A stretch of DNA of 64,000 nucleotides from Bacteroidales bacterium (GTDB lineage Bacteria; Bacteroidota; Bacteroidia; Bacteroidales; VadinHA17), in NCBI GenBank assembly GCA_003141715.1, contig PLNF01000048.1, positions 1,486 to 65,485 on the forward strand, written 5' to 3'. A program made the translations under genes and the position numbers. Positions 18,982 through 29,281 of this stretch are shown in pieces. The notes under the pieces are model-generated. The model did not search any database and was not told the DNA's origin. It worked only from the letters and a program-made list of their open reading frames with translations. Positions within the stretch are counted from its first letter, which is position 1. The number at the start of each line of letters is the position of its first letter.

Positions 18982-19788
18982 ATGAAATGTGAGGAAGTTG
19001 AAGCAAAAATGATCGATTATCTCGATAAGAACCTTGAAGATGGTATTCGTCTGGAGATCGAAAAACACCTTGAAACCTGTGAAAGATGTCTTGATGAAAT
19101 CAGAGAAAGCCAGCAGGTACTGAATCTTATTTCAATGGATGAAATGGTTAAACCCGATGATTCATTACGAATCAACTTTTACCATATGCTGCACAGTCAG
19201 ATTAAAAAGAGTGAGGAAAGCAAAGTATCATCTATAAGGAAACCTCTTACACCCTGGTATAACCTAAGTCAATATAAAATTGCGGCAGGGATTGCCATCC
19301 TCATCTGTGGTACATTTATTGGCATGTTAATAAATGGAGGGTTAAATAATTATTCTGCTTCAAATGAACTTAAGCAACTGCATTCAGAAGTTTCTGATCT
19401 TAAAAAAGCAACTATGTTCACCATGCTTAAGGAAGAATCATCGAGCGACAGGCTTCAGGCAGTTAATTATGCAGGCGATCTTGATAATGCAGATGAAAAT
19501 GTAATAGAGGTTCTGGTTAAAACATTGAATAATGACAAGAATGTAAATGTACGCATGGCAGCAGCTTATGCTCTTTCAAAATTTGCTAATAAACGCGCGG
19601 TCTGTGATTCACTTGTCAATTCTCTGTCACTTCAGAGCGATCCTATCCTGCAGGTTACACTTATAAATATACTTGCCGAGAGAAAAGAAAAAAGTGCATT
19701 CGTTCCAATCCAACGGATTATTGCCAACAAGAGTACATTGAAGGAGGTCAGGGCCGTTGCAGAAAACAGTCTGAGAGTACTGATCTGA
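18982..19788 (+). CDS. Anti-sigma factor (zf-HC2 N-terminus, one TM, HEAT-like C-terminal repeats)
   Basis: MKCEEVEAKMIDYLDKNL...HLETCERC is the zf-HC2 pattern. The TM segment is IAAGIAILICGTFIGMLI. The C-terminus has NVNVRMAAAYALSKF-type HEAT repeats. Lies directly downstream of the ECF sigma gene. Confidence 0.7.
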   Translation: MKCEEVEAKMIDYLDKNLEDGIRLEIEKHLETCERCLDEIRESQQVLNLISMDEMVKPDDSLRINFYHMLHSQIKKSEESKVSSIRKPLTPWYNLSQYKIAAGIAILICGTFIGMLINGGLNNYSASNELKQLHSEVSDLKKATMFTMLKEESSSDRLQAVNYAGDLDNADENVIEVLVKTLNNDKNVNVRMAAAYALSKFANKRAVCDSLVNSLSLQSDPILQVTLINILAERKEKSAFVPIQRIIANKSTLKEVRAVAENSLRVLI

Positions 19789-19881
19789 AAATTATAGGAA
19801 ATAATTGATTTCAATTTAAAATAAATCGTGGCAGATTCCGGGTTTGCCTGATTAATATGTAAATACTTAAAAATAAATATT

Positions 19882-20661
19882 ATGAAAAAAGTGAAAATCA
19901 GCCTTATGGCACTGTTAATATTCTTTGCAGCAGGAATTCTGTCTGCCCAGGAATACAAAATTACCACACAAAACAACAAAGATGGAAGACTTGTTTTAAA
20001 AGATTTCAATGGCTCATTACCGATTGAAGGTTATAGTGGTAGCGATATAGTTATTACATCGACTTCCGGAAATCTTACTCCACCCGAGAAAGCCAAGGGA
20101 CTGAAACCAATTTACCCCTCAGGTTCTGATAATACAGGAATTGGATTGGATGTTCAAAAAAATGATAATCAGATAATCATAACCTGTCTGATCCCTTTTA
20201 CCCAGGATGGTGAATATAAGATTAAAGTTCCTGAAAATATGGCAATTGAGCTATCCAGTGGATGCGAGAGGAATAATGATATCTTAATTACAGGTATGAA
20301 AAATGAAATTGACATTAAAAGTTGTCACGATATTAAATTGAAGGATGTAACTGGACCACTCGTTCTTTCCACTATCAGCGGTAATATTGATATAACATAC
20401 AGCAGTATCAATACAACTAAATCATCTTCTGTTAATTCAATTAGTGGCGAAATCGACATTACATTGCCGGTGAAAACAGCAACTGATTTGGAATTAAGGA
20501 CAGTTTCAGGTGCAATATACTCCGATTTCGATTTCTCGGAATCTCAAAAGAACCTGAAAAAGATTGGAGGTAATGAAATGAATTATTCTCTAAACGGAGG
20601 TGGTTTTAAATTCAACATCGGTACAGTAAGCGGAAATATATATCTGCGAAAGGGAAATTAG
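19882..20661 (+). CDS. Secreted DUF4097-like beta-strand repeat protein (putative adhesin family)
   Basis: Signal peptide present. SG-x-I motifs recur: ISGNIDITY, ISGEIDITLP, VSGAIYSDF, VSGNIYLRK. Confidence 0.5.
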   Translation: MKKVKISLMALLIFFAAGILSAQEYKITTQNNKDGRLVLKDFNGSLPIEGYSGSDIVITSTSGNLTPPEKAKGLKPIYPSGSDNTGIGLDVQKNDNQIIITCLIPFTQDGEYKIKVPENMAIELSSGCERNNDILITGMKNEIDIKSCHDIKLKDVTGPLVLSTISGNIDITYSSINTTKSSSVNSISGEIDITLPVKTATDLELRTVSGAIYSDFDFSESQKNLKKIGGNEMNYSLNGGGFKFNIGTVSGNIYLRKGN

Positions 20662-20675
20662 CCGTATGAGAATTT

Positions 20676-20738
20676 CGGATTTCGGATTGGCAGTTGTACA
20701 TTTTGGAATTACTTAGAGGACAAACAATCCGAAATCCG
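20676..20738. repeat. Perfect 14-bp inverted repeat with a 35-nt loop
   Basis: cggatttcggattg (20676..20689) pairs with caatccgaaatccg (20725..20738). The atttcgga motif also recurs at about 5975..6010. No T-run follows, so it is not a clear intrinsic terminator. Confidence 0.6.
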
Positions 20739-20782
20739 TAATATCATTAATCAAATAGTCTGAATTTTTAAAAAATATTTCA

Positions 20783-21424
20783 ATGAAATCATTAACTATT
20801 TTAGTTGTAGTTTTGCTATGCTTTGGTACAATCCAGGCTCAGCAGGTAATCGAAAAGCATATAGATTTTTCAGGAAAAGAATCTATCTCCCTGAAAATTC
20901 AGATAGCTGATTCCATCATTCTGCAGACATGGAATAAAAATGAAGTCTATATAAAAGCTTCTGTTAATATCAATGAAAATAAGGATAACGATGCTTATAT
21001 AACCTCATTCGATGCGACAGGCAATACAGTGGCTGTTAAAGCAAATTTCAAGGATAACTATTTCAAAGGGAAAAATAATTGCTGTAACAAGACTGACATT
21101 TACTGGCAGGTCTTTATTCCGGAAAAAACCAAATTTTCGATTGAGACAATTAATGCAAACGTTATCATAACAGGTCAAACCCGTGAAGTGAACGTTAAAT
21201 CCATAAGCGGTTATATCGATCTTACAGAACCGGCAGGCAAAAAGGCAGATTTAGATTTTTCAACAATCTCAGGAAGAATGTATTCAAACCATGAACTTGC
21301 TTTGAATAAGATGCATAGCGGTATCCCCCTGAAAATATCTGAAAAGCTAAATAACGGAGGTGATCCGATTAAACTTGAAACCATAAGCGGCGATATTTTT
21401 TTCAGGAAGACTAATGCTAATTGA
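20783..21424 (+). CDS. Second secreted DUF4097-like repeat protein
   Basis: Signal peptide MKSLTILVVVLLCFGTIQAQ. Motifs ISGYIDLTEP, ISGRMYSNHE and ISGDIFFRK parallel the upstream paralog. Confidence 0.5.
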   Translation: MKSLTILVVVLLCFGTIQAQQVIEKHIDFSGKESISLKIQIADSIILQTWNKNEVYIKASVNINENKDNDAYITSFDATGNTVAVKANFKDNYFKGKNNCCNKTDIYWQVFIPEKTKFSIETINANVIITGQTREVNVKSISGYIDLTEPAGKKADLDFSTISGRMYSNHELALNKMHSGIPLKISEKLNNGGDPIKLETISGDIFFRKTNAN

Positions 21425-21667
21425 GTTCACCCTTTAGTAAGTAATGAATGAAGCAGTCCTGCCAAAAGTCTTAAGTACGAATAATATAAGGCGCAAGGTA
21501 CAGTTACATGCTCATAGCAAAAAGAGATATCTTTTTATAAAGGATATTTGCAGCTTTCCTAAAAATTCAAAGTCTTTAGAAAGTATTTTGTAACCCCACT
21601 TCCCGATCAGCGTTATCAGAGTTATAACTAACTATTAATTGAATTATTCCTTAACAGATTTAACCTT

Positions 21668-24319
21668 ATGAAATATACCGTTTTATATAAAACAATTCTC
21701 AGTCTCATTCTGATATTCATATTTACAGGCAGTTATGCTCATTCAAACGATTCGACGGTGATTGCGAAAAGAACTTATCAGACTGCATTCGTAAAAACCG
21801 CCCCGGTTATTGACGGGGTGATGAATGATGAATGCTGGAACCTGGTTGAATGGACAAGCGATTTTACCCAATCCCAGCCGGTTGAGAATAAACCTCCAAC
21901 TCAACAAACAGCCTTTAAAATACTCTACGATAATGATAACCTTTATATGCTTGTTCGATGTTATGATACTGAACCTGATAAGATCAGTAAGATTATGTCG
22001 CGGAGGGATAATTTCAGCGGAGATATGATATTTGTTGAATTCGACAGCCACTTTGACAAACAGACTGATTTCTTATTCTCTGCCTCTGCTTCCGGCGCTA
22101 AAAGTGATGCAGCTATGAGCAATGATGGGAATAATGAAGATGACAACTGGAACCCTATCTGGTATATGAAAACTTCCGTTGATGATAAGGGTTGGTGTGC
22201 CGAAATGAAAATTCCTTTAAGTCAGCTTCGTTTCGATAAGAACAGTGAACAAATATGGGGGCTGCAGGTTACACGTGCTATTTACCGTTTGCAGGAACGT
22301 TCTCAATGGCAATATATTCCGAAGGGGTCTCCTGGTGTAATTCATTTATTCGGTGAGCTTCAGGGAATAAATAATGTAAAAACAAAACATCAGATAGAAT
22401 TAATGCCCTACACAGTTGCACGTACTGAAAGATTTCAAAAAATCGAAGGAGATCCCTTTAACACAGGAAAATTATCAAAGATCTCAGCCGGGCTGGACGG
22501 GAAGATTGGTCTCTCAAATAATTTTACACTTGATTTCACAATAAACCCGGATTTTGGCCAGGTTGAAGCTGACCCATCGGAAGTCAATCTTACAGCTTTT
22601 GAATCATACTTTTCTGAAAAACGTCCTTTTTTTATTGAAGGTCAGAACATTTATCAGTTTATGCCAGATCAGACAATAGTAATTCATAACATGTATTCCG
22701 ACAATCTGTTTTACTCCAGGAGAATTGGAAGATATCCTCAGTATTATCCTTCCGTTGGAGACAGTGTCCACGTGAAAATGCCTGAATCAACAACAATTCT
22801 TGGAGCAATGAAGTTATCAGGAAAAACAAAGAAAGGTCTGTCTGTAGGAATTCTCGAAAGTCTTACGTCAAGGGAAGATGCATTGATAGACAGTTTAGGG
22901 ACAAGGCGAAAAGAGACCGTAGAGCCTCTCACAAATTATTTTGTCGGAAGAGTTCAGCAGGATTTCAATAAAGGGCAAACTATTCTTGGTGCAATGCTTA
23001 CAGCAGTGAACAGAGATATAAACTCAAGCAATCTCAACTTCCTGCACACTGCAGCCTATACAGCCGGATTAGACTTTCAGCATACCTGGAAAGACAGAAC
23101 ATGGTATTTAGCAGGAAATGCCGAATTCAGTAATGTCAAAGGGTCCACTACCTCAATAACTGAAACACAAACATCATCTGCACGCTATTTTCAGAGGCCC
23201 GATGCGAAATACCTTTCCGTTGATTCAACCCTCACTTCGCTTTCTGGTTACGGAGGAACCGTGAAATTTGGGAAAACAAGTAAAAAAAGATTGCAGTTTG
23301 AAACATGTGTTATAGTGCGATCACCAGGACTTGAATTCAACGATATAGGCTATATGAGATACTCAGATGTAATCTATCAGGGCAATTGGATGGGTTATTA
23401 TCTGCGAAATCCATTCTGGATATTAAATTATTTATATTTCAATACAAACTACTGGATGTACTTTGACTTTGGTGGCCAACTTTTGTCAAGAAACTATAAT
23501 ACTAATTTTAGTTCCCAGTTCAAAAATAAATGGCAGATCAATGGACAGTTCAACAGACAAAGTGAAAATATTTCTACAACATTATTACGTGGCGGTCCTT
23601 CAATTATTATCCCCGGAAACCAGAGTTTTAATTTGAACCTCAATACTGACCACTCCAAGAAACTCTCCTTCAATGTGGGCAACTATCATGGTTTCGGCAA
23701 TGCATTGAGCTACAGAGCGCATGAATATTGGGTCGGAATTTATTACAGACCAACGAACTCTGTTTCAATTTCTTTTGAACCTGATTACAGCATACAGAAC
23801 ACTGAACTGCAATATGTCAGTACAACTGGCTCCGGCACGAATCCTATCTACCTGTTTGGTAAATTAAATCAGAGCACTTTGTATTTCACCTTCAGAGTAA
23901 ACTATACAATTAATCCCGAGTTAAGTGTTGAGTATTATGGTCAACCTTTTATTTCGGCAGGAAAGTATTCTGCATTTAAGAAAATAACTGTGCCGGATGC
24001 CGATAAATTCAAACAAAGATATTATGAATTTACCCCTAGCGAACTCACTTACGATCCATCAAGCAGTACATATAATGTTAATGATGGAGGAGCTTATTCC
24101 TTTGGGAATCCGGATTACAATTTCAGACAGTTCCGTTCAAACCTCGTTATAAGATGGGAATATTTGCCGGGTTCGACACTTTATCTTGTATGGTCACAGG
24201 GCAGAACAAGTAATGATACAAATGGAATGTTTTCTTATGGAACCGACATGAAGGACCTTTTTAAAATGACGGCTCAGAATGTATTCTTAATTAAGTTCTC
24301 TTACTGGTTTGCATTATAA
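21668..24319 (+). CDS. CBM9-like N-domain plus large beta-barrel protein (DUF5916-like)
   Basis: 883 aa with a signal peptide. APVIDGVMNDECWNLVEW resembles the CBM9-type IDG-x-x-DE-x-W motif. The aromatic-rich C-terminus ends ...FLIKFSYWFAL. The family call is from memory. Confidence 0.5.
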   Translation: MKYTVLYKTILSLILIFIFTGSYAHSNDSTVIAKRTYQTAFVKTAPVIDGVMNDECWNLVEWTSDFTQSQPVENKPPTQQTAFKILYDNDNLYMLVRCYDTEPDKISKIMSRRDNFSGDMIFVEFDSHFDKQTDFLFSASASGAKSDAAMSNDGNNEDDNWNPIWYMKTSVDDKGWCAEMKIPLSQLRFDKNSEQIWGLQVTRAIYRLQERSQWQYIPKGSPGVIHLFGELQGINNVKTKHQIELMPYTVARTERFQKIEGDPFNTGKLSKISAGLDGKIGLSNNFTLDFTINPDFGQVEADPSEVNLTAFESYFSEKRPFFIEGQNIYQFMPDQTIVIHNMYSDNLFYSRRIGRYPQYYPSVGDSVHVKMPESTTILGAMKLSGKTKKGLSVGILESLTSREDALIDSLGTRRKETVEPLTNYFVGRVQQDFNKGQTILGAMLTAVNRDINSSNLNFLHTAAYTAGLDFQHTWKDRTWYLAGNAEFSNVKGSTTSITETQTSSARYFQRPDAKYLSVDSTLTSLSGYGGTVKFGKTSKKRLQFETCVIVRSPGLEFNDIGYMRYSDVIYQGNWMGYYLRNPFWILNYLYFNTNYWMYFDFGGQLLSRNYNTNFSSQFKNKWQINGQFNRQSENISTTLLRGGPSIIIPGNQSFNLNLNTDHSKKLSFNVGNYHGFGNALSYRAHEYWVGIYYRPTNSVSISFEPDYSIQNTELQYVSTTGSGTNPIYLFGKLNQSTLYFTFRVNYTINPELSVEYYGQPFISAGKYSAFKKITVPDADKFKQRYYEFTPSELTYDPSSSTYNVNDGGAYSFGNPDYNFRQFRSNLVIRWEYLPGSTLYLVWSQGRTSNDTNGMFSYGTDMKDLFKMTAQNVFLIKFSYWFAL

Positions 24320-24357
24320 TGGCTCAACGACACAAAGATGTTAATTTTTATCCTTTC

Positions 24358-25227
24358 TTATTTGAGTATGAATGGGATACCTAATCTTTTATAATTATTT
24401 TCAGCAAGAGGATTATAACTTATTAACTCAATTTGGATTCGACTGTCAACATCATGTACAAATCTTACACAAGCATTCTTATTCTCTTCAGTATCAGTTA
24501 TGCCATTTATCAGAGGGATCCGGACAAGAATAGGTTTACCTGATTTTGCAATATATCTGAAGTTTTCTTTGATAATTTCGTTGGATTTGCCTGTATAACG
24601 TATGTGTTGAGCCGTGTCAAAAATCTTCATATCGATAATAAACAGATCTACATAATCTGAAATACTACTAATTGTATCTCTCTCACAAAAGAGGCAGGTT
24701 TCAATTGCCGTATGGATATTCTTTTTCCTGCAAGCTTCCAGAATCTCTGCTGAAAAATCAGGTTGGTAAAGAGGTTCTCCACCGGTTAGTGTAACACCGC
24801 CTCCGGACATTTTGTAGTATAGAAAATCTTTTTCAATTTCATCAATTACATCATATACCCCAATTTTTGATCCTGTAAATTGTATTGCACAGGTAGGGCA
24901 TGCTTTTACACAATCGCCTGTTATATTGCATAATTCCCGATTGATATTAATATAGGTTTCAGTATCCGAAATAATCTCTAAAGCATTATTTGGACAAATC
25001 TGAACACATTTGCCACATGCTATACAAAGGCTCTTGTCATACCATATTGAAATATCTGAACTTATTCCCTCGGGGCTATGGCACCAGATGCAGCTAAGCG
25101 GACATCCTTTCAGGAATACAGAGGTACGTATCCCCGGGCCATCATGGACAGAAAACCGTTTTATCTTGAAAATAATTCCTTCGGTTTCAGTTGTTTTCTC
25201 CATGCGTGGTCCGTTTAATAATCTCAT
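24358..25227 (-). CDS. Glycyl-radical enzyme activating protein (radical SAM)
   Basis: CPLSCIWCHSPE matches C-x3-C-x2-C. Two ferredoxin-type motifs are present (CIACGKCVQICP and CNITGDCVKACP). Lies immediately downstream of the GRE. The start is probably the internal Met (MEKTTETEG) at 25203. Confidence 0.85.
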   Translation of the reverse strand: MRLLNGPRMEKTTETEGIIFKIKRFSVHDGPGIRTSVFLKGCPLSCIWCHSPEGISSDISIWYDKSLCIACGKCVQICPNNALEIISDTETYININRELCNITGDCVKACPTCAIQFTGSKIGVYDVIDEIEKDFLYYKMSGGGVTLTGGEPLYQPDFSAEILEACRKKNIHTAIETCLFCERDTISSISDYVDLFIIDMKIFDTAQHIRYTGKSNEIIKENFRYIAKSGKPILVRIPLINGITDTEENKNACVRFVHDVDSRIQIELISYNPLAENNYKRLGIPFILK

Positions 25228-27556
25228 CCTGCAAATCTTCTGCTAATTCCGTAAAATATGCAGTATAGCCTGCCACTCTTATAGTCAGTCCCCTGTACGA
25301 TTCAGGATCAGCTTTCGCATTGATCAATTCCTGTGCAGTTATCACATTGAACTGGACATGATTAACAGGAAGACAAACGAAAGTTTTAAGCAGTGAAGTA
25401 AATTTTTCTCTGTCAGGATCATTATTAAAAAAAGAGGGAAGAAATTTCATGTTCAGTAGTGTCCCATTGGTTGCCAGTCGAGAAGGAATCCTGCTGACTG
25501 AATTTAAAACTGCAGTTGGACCCAGCTTATCTCGCCCGTACATCGGTGACATTCCACCATCTGCGAGAGGAGTCTTAGCATACCTGCCATCAGGGGTAGC
25601 TCCAACATTCTGTCCCATTGGCATATGTGCCGACACCGTATAAAGACCCATGTGAAAATCTCCACCCCTGAAGTTCTTGTATTGTTTTATCTTACCCGCA
25701 AAATAAGTCACCCATTCTGCCCCCAGGTTATCCACCCAGGCAATATCATTACCATATTTTGGTACACGATTTAGGCAAAGTTGTCTTAATGTTTCATTAC
25801 AGGCAAAATTGTTCCTCAAGGCATAAAGCATTGACTCCTTTTTAACAAGTTTGTCTTCGAAAACCAGTTTTTTAAGTACCGCCAGACAGTCAGCTAAATT
25901 TGCCACCTGAATTGCCTGGATACCAGATAGATTATATTTTGCACCGCCCGCAGTTACATCTATTCCATTTGCAAGACAATTATCGACAACACTTGACAGG
26001 AATGGTGAAGGCAGATGTGATTGATGACATTTTTCAACTGCCTCACAAGCATGAATCATCTTATTTATAAAAAAATCAATTTGCTTTTTATATGCATTTT
26101 CTAAAGAACCAAAATCAGGGTAATTATCCAGAGAACCGGTTTTTAAACCTATCTGATTACCGGATATCATACATCTTCCATCATTCAGGGTCAATTCCAG
26201 TACTTTAACGAGATTGAACATAGCTGCGTCGCTCCAACCCAGATAATTACCTTGAGAGCTAAGTTCTACACAGCCAACAAGGGCATAATCGAGGCAATCC
26301 TCGCGACTGAGGCCAATGGTTTTTAACGCAGGAATGATGCTCTCATCATTTACGATCTGAGGCATTCCGTTACCCAGGCCGATCACCCGGCTACATTCGC
26401 TTATAAACTCGTCGGGAGAATGTTTATGAAGACGGGCTGTAAGATTCGGTTGTGGTAACCTGATATGATCCTGAGTTTTAAGGATCAGGTATGAGAGTTC
26501 ATTTGTTGCATCATCTCTGTTTTTCTTTTGTCCGCCGATAGTTACATTAAAGCCAATGGGAAAACCAGCAAAGTACTTCGCGCTGTGTGCATTGCGCATA
26601 TAAACAATCTGGTTGAACTTAATAAACAAAGCATCCAGTAACTCAATTGCTTTATCAGCATCAATTCTGTCAGATTTAATATCATTATGGTAAAATGGGT
26701 ACAAATATTGATCCATCCGTCCGGGAGAAAATGAAGAGGCATTTGATTCCATGTGCAGGATTACAAAAAGGAACCAGACAGATTGCAAAGCCTCCCTGAA
26801 AGTCGCAGGAGGATTTTCTGCCAGTTTTATACATACATCCGCAATTTCTTCAAGATTTATTTTTAAAGAGTCTTCCTCCTGATTTTTAGCCATATTGGAA
26901 GCCAGGACCCCATAACGATTGATAAATTTAGATGCAGCGTCAAGTGTGATAAATACACTTTTATAAAATACCTTCAGGTCATCTGGTGCAGTTCCAAGCT
27001 TATCCAGCGTTTTTTTTAACAAACTGGCAGGACCGAATTTAAGCCAATCTTCGACTTTAGGACAGATATGACCCTGGGCATGATCTTTCTGATTGATTTT
27101 TACTACTTTTTCAATTGCTGATATCTCTTCCCCATAAGATCTGTAAATATCATTTTCCAGTGTTTTACCGCGCCAGTAAGGTTCAATTTTTTCTTTGAAA
27201 CAAGAGACATCGTTTTGTCTCACATTGAAAGGATCCTGTGGTCTGCCGGGCAAAGTCTCGATTTCATCCACAAGCCAGTTAATACCCGCTTCCGGAAACA
27301 CTACCCCTGCCCTGATGCCCGGAGTACGGTTTCCAACAATAAGCTCTTCCGGATCTATTGCTATAGGCATCTCTGAGAGAGATTCAGCCAGTGCTTTGGA
27401 ACGTTTCAATATTACCGGGAGTTCCTCATTTTGCTGATATACATGGGTGATTATTTTAGCCTGTTCTATTGAAAGATACCGTACAGAAGAGAGAGTTTTA
27501 TTCTTCAGTGACAGAATCCTATCGGTTGGTTTTAGATTTTGAAAATCTGATATCAT
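25187..27556 (-). CDS. Glycyl radical enzyme, PFL2/glycerol-dehydratase-like (Cys-x-Glu type); substrate unknown
   Basis: 789 aa. C-terminal glycyl radical motif TIRVAGYTAYF. Active-site loop LVGCVELS has a single Cys followed by x-Glu, unlike the Cys-Cys of PFL. Confidence 0.85.
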   Translation of the reverse strand: MISDFQNLKPTDRILSLKNKTLSSVRYLSIEQAKIITHVYQQNEELPVILKRSKALAESLSEMPIAIDPEELIVGNRTPGIRAGVVFPEAGINWLVDEIETLPGRPQDPFNVRQNDVSCFKEKIEPYWRGKTLENDIYRSYGEEISAIEKVVKINQKDHAQGHICPKVEDWLKFGPASLLKKTLDKLGTAPDDLKVFYKSVFITLDAASKFINRYGVLASNMAKNQEEDSLKINLEEIADVCIKLAENPPATFREALQSVWFLFVILHMESNASSFSPGRMDQYLYPFYHNDIKSDRIDADKAIELLDALFIKFNQIVYMRNAHSAKYFAGFPIGFNVTIGGQKKNRDDATNELSYLILKTQDHIRLPQPNLTARLHKHSPDEFISECSRVIGLGNGMPQIVNDESIIPALKTIGLSREDCLDYALVGCVELSSQGNYLGWSDAAMFNLVKVLELTLNDGRCMISGNQIGLKTGSLDNYPDFGSLENAYKKQIDFFINKMIHACEAVEKCHQSHLPSPFLSSVVDNCLANGIDVTAGGAKYNLSGIQAIQVANLADCLAVLKKLVFEDKLVKKESMLYALRNNFACNETLRQLCLNRVPKYGNDIAWVDNLGAEWVTYFAGKIKQYKNFRGGDFHMGLYTVSAHMPMGQNVGATPDGRYAKTPLADGGMSPMYGRDKLGPTAVLNSVSRIPSRLATNGTLLNMKFLPSFFNNDPDREKFTSLLKTFVCLPVNHVQFNVITAQELINAKADPESYRGLTIRVAGYTAYFTELAEDLQDEIIKRTTHGENN

Positions 27557-29220
27557 TTATACGAATCATTATGCACACTTTTCACTGCCCTTCCGGAAGG
27601 ATCAATCATGTTTTTAAATGAGGCATCCCAGGCAATAGCTTCAGGTGTACTGCAAGCGACAGATGGGACGGATGGAACGCAGGAAGCTGCTGAATCAGAC
27701 GGGAAATGCTCGGTAAAGATGCACCTGTAGAAATATTCTTCCTTCGACATCGGAGGATTAATTGGAAAGCGATATTTTGCATTTGCAAGCTGTTCATCAG
27801 TAACTTCTTTTGAAGTAAGAGCCCTTAATGTATCAATCCAGTTATACCCTACTCCATCGGAGAACTGTTCTTTTTGTCTCCAGGCCACGCTTGCAGGCAA
27901 GTAGTCTTCGAAGGCTTTTCTCAGGACCCACTTTTCCATACGATCCTTATTTATCATCTTATCCTTTGGATTAATGCGCATTGCGACATCCATAAATTCC
28001 TTATCCAAAAAAGGAACACGACCTTCAACGCCCCATGCAGCAAGTGATTTGTTTGCACGCAGGCAGTCATATAAATGTAATTTACTTATTTTTCTTACGG
28101 TTTCTTCATGAAAAGCCCTGGGATCAGGAGCTTTATGGAAATAGAGATAACCGCCAAAAATTTCATCGGCCCCTTCACCCGAGAGCACCATCTTTACCCC
28201 CATAGATTTGATCACCCTGGCAAGCAGGTACATAGGAGTAGATGCCCTGATAGTTGTAACATCGTATGTTTCAATGTGATAAATAACGTCTCTTAATGCA
28301 TCCAGACCTTCCTGAACTGTAAAGTTAATTTCATGATGGATCGTTCCGATGTGATCAGCCACTTTACGAGCTGCCGCAAGGTCGGGAGAACCCTCCAGTC
28401 CGACTGCAAATGAGTGTAGCTGGGGCCACCATGCCTCACTTTTGTCCTGTGACTCAATTCTCTTTGGTGCAAATTTCTTGGCAATTGCAGAAACCACCGA
28501 TGAATCAAGACCTCCGGAGAGCAGAACCCCGTATGGAACATCCGACATTAACTGACGGTGAACTGATGCTTCAAATGCTTCTTTAAGATCCTCAATACTT
28601 GTTTCGTTGTTTTCAACTACAGAATATTCCATCCAGTCGCGTTTGTACCATTTTGTCATCACGCCATCTTTGCTGTAGAGATAATGGCCAGGCAAGAATT
28701 CCTGTATCTTATTGCATACTCCTTCCAGTGCTTTAAGCTCTGAGGCAACATAAAAATTTCCAAATGAATCCCAGCCAACATACAGAGGTACTATACCAAT
28801 ATGATCACGGGCAATGAAATAGCAATCTTTCAACCTGTCGTATAATGCGAAAGCGAAAATTCCATTTAATTCTTCAATGAAAGCCGGACCTTTATCCTGA
28901 TAAAGAGCAAGGATCACTTCACAATCGGAATGAGTCAGAAATTCGTAAGTGTTTTCATAACGCTTTCTTATTTCCTGATGATTATAAATCTCACCGTTTA
29001 CTGCAAGTATGAGGTTGCCATCTTTACTGTATAAAGGCTGTTTGCCCGATTGAGGATCAACAATTGATAATCTCTCATGAGCAAGTATAGCCTTCTCGCA
29101 ATAAAATATCCCTGACCAGTCAGGACCACGATGCCTTACCTTCTTTGACATTTTAAGGACAGTCGCCCTTAATTCCATATGATTGACTTTAAGATCAAAA
29201 ACGCCTACAATTCCACACAT
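27553..29220 (-). CDS. asnB: Asparagine synthetase B (glutamine-hydrolysing) family
   Basis: 555 aa. MCGIVGVF provides the N-terminal Cys nucleophile. PP-loop LLSGGLDSSVVSAIA. The stop overlaps the GRE ATG (ATGA at 27553..27556). Confidence 0.85.
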   Translation of the reverse strand: MCGIVGVFDLKVNHMELRATVLKMSKKVRHRGPDWSGIFYCEKAILAHERLSIVDPQSGKQPLYSKDGNLILAVNGEIYNHQEIRKRYENTYEFLTHSDCEVILALYQDKGPAFIEELNGIFAFALYDRLKDCYFIARDHIGIVPLYVGWDSFGNFYVASELKALEGVCNKIQEFLPGHYLYSKDGVMTKWYKRDWMEYSVVENNETSIEDLKEAFEASVHRQLMSDVPYGVLLSGGLDSSVVSAIAKKFAPKRIESQDKSEAWWPQLHSFAVGLEGSPDLAAARKVADHIGTIHHEINFTVQEGLDALRDVIYHIETYDVTTIRASTPMYLLARVIKSMGVKMVLSGEGADEIFGGYLYFHKAPDPRAFHEETVRKISKLHLYDCLRANKSLAAWGVEGRVPFLDKEFMDVAMRINPKDKMINKDRMEKWVLRKAFEDYLPASVAWRQKEQFSDGVGYNWIDTLRALTSKEVTDEQLANAKYRFPINPPMSKEEYFYRCIFTEHFPSDSAASCVPSVPSVACSTPEAIAWDASFKNMIDPSGRAVKSVHNDSYK

Positions 29221-29273
29221 ACTTTTTCGTTTAATAATTATTGACAGTTTGATACTTTTTAAAACCCGAATTG

Positions 29274-29281
29274 CAAAGCTA
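29274..29281 (-). promoter_or_regulatory. Candidate -7 box TAGCTTTG for the asnB operon
   Basis: Reverse complement of caaagcta. Lies 54 nt upstream of the asnB ATG, inside a very AT-rich 394-bp intergenic region. Confidence 0.3.
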
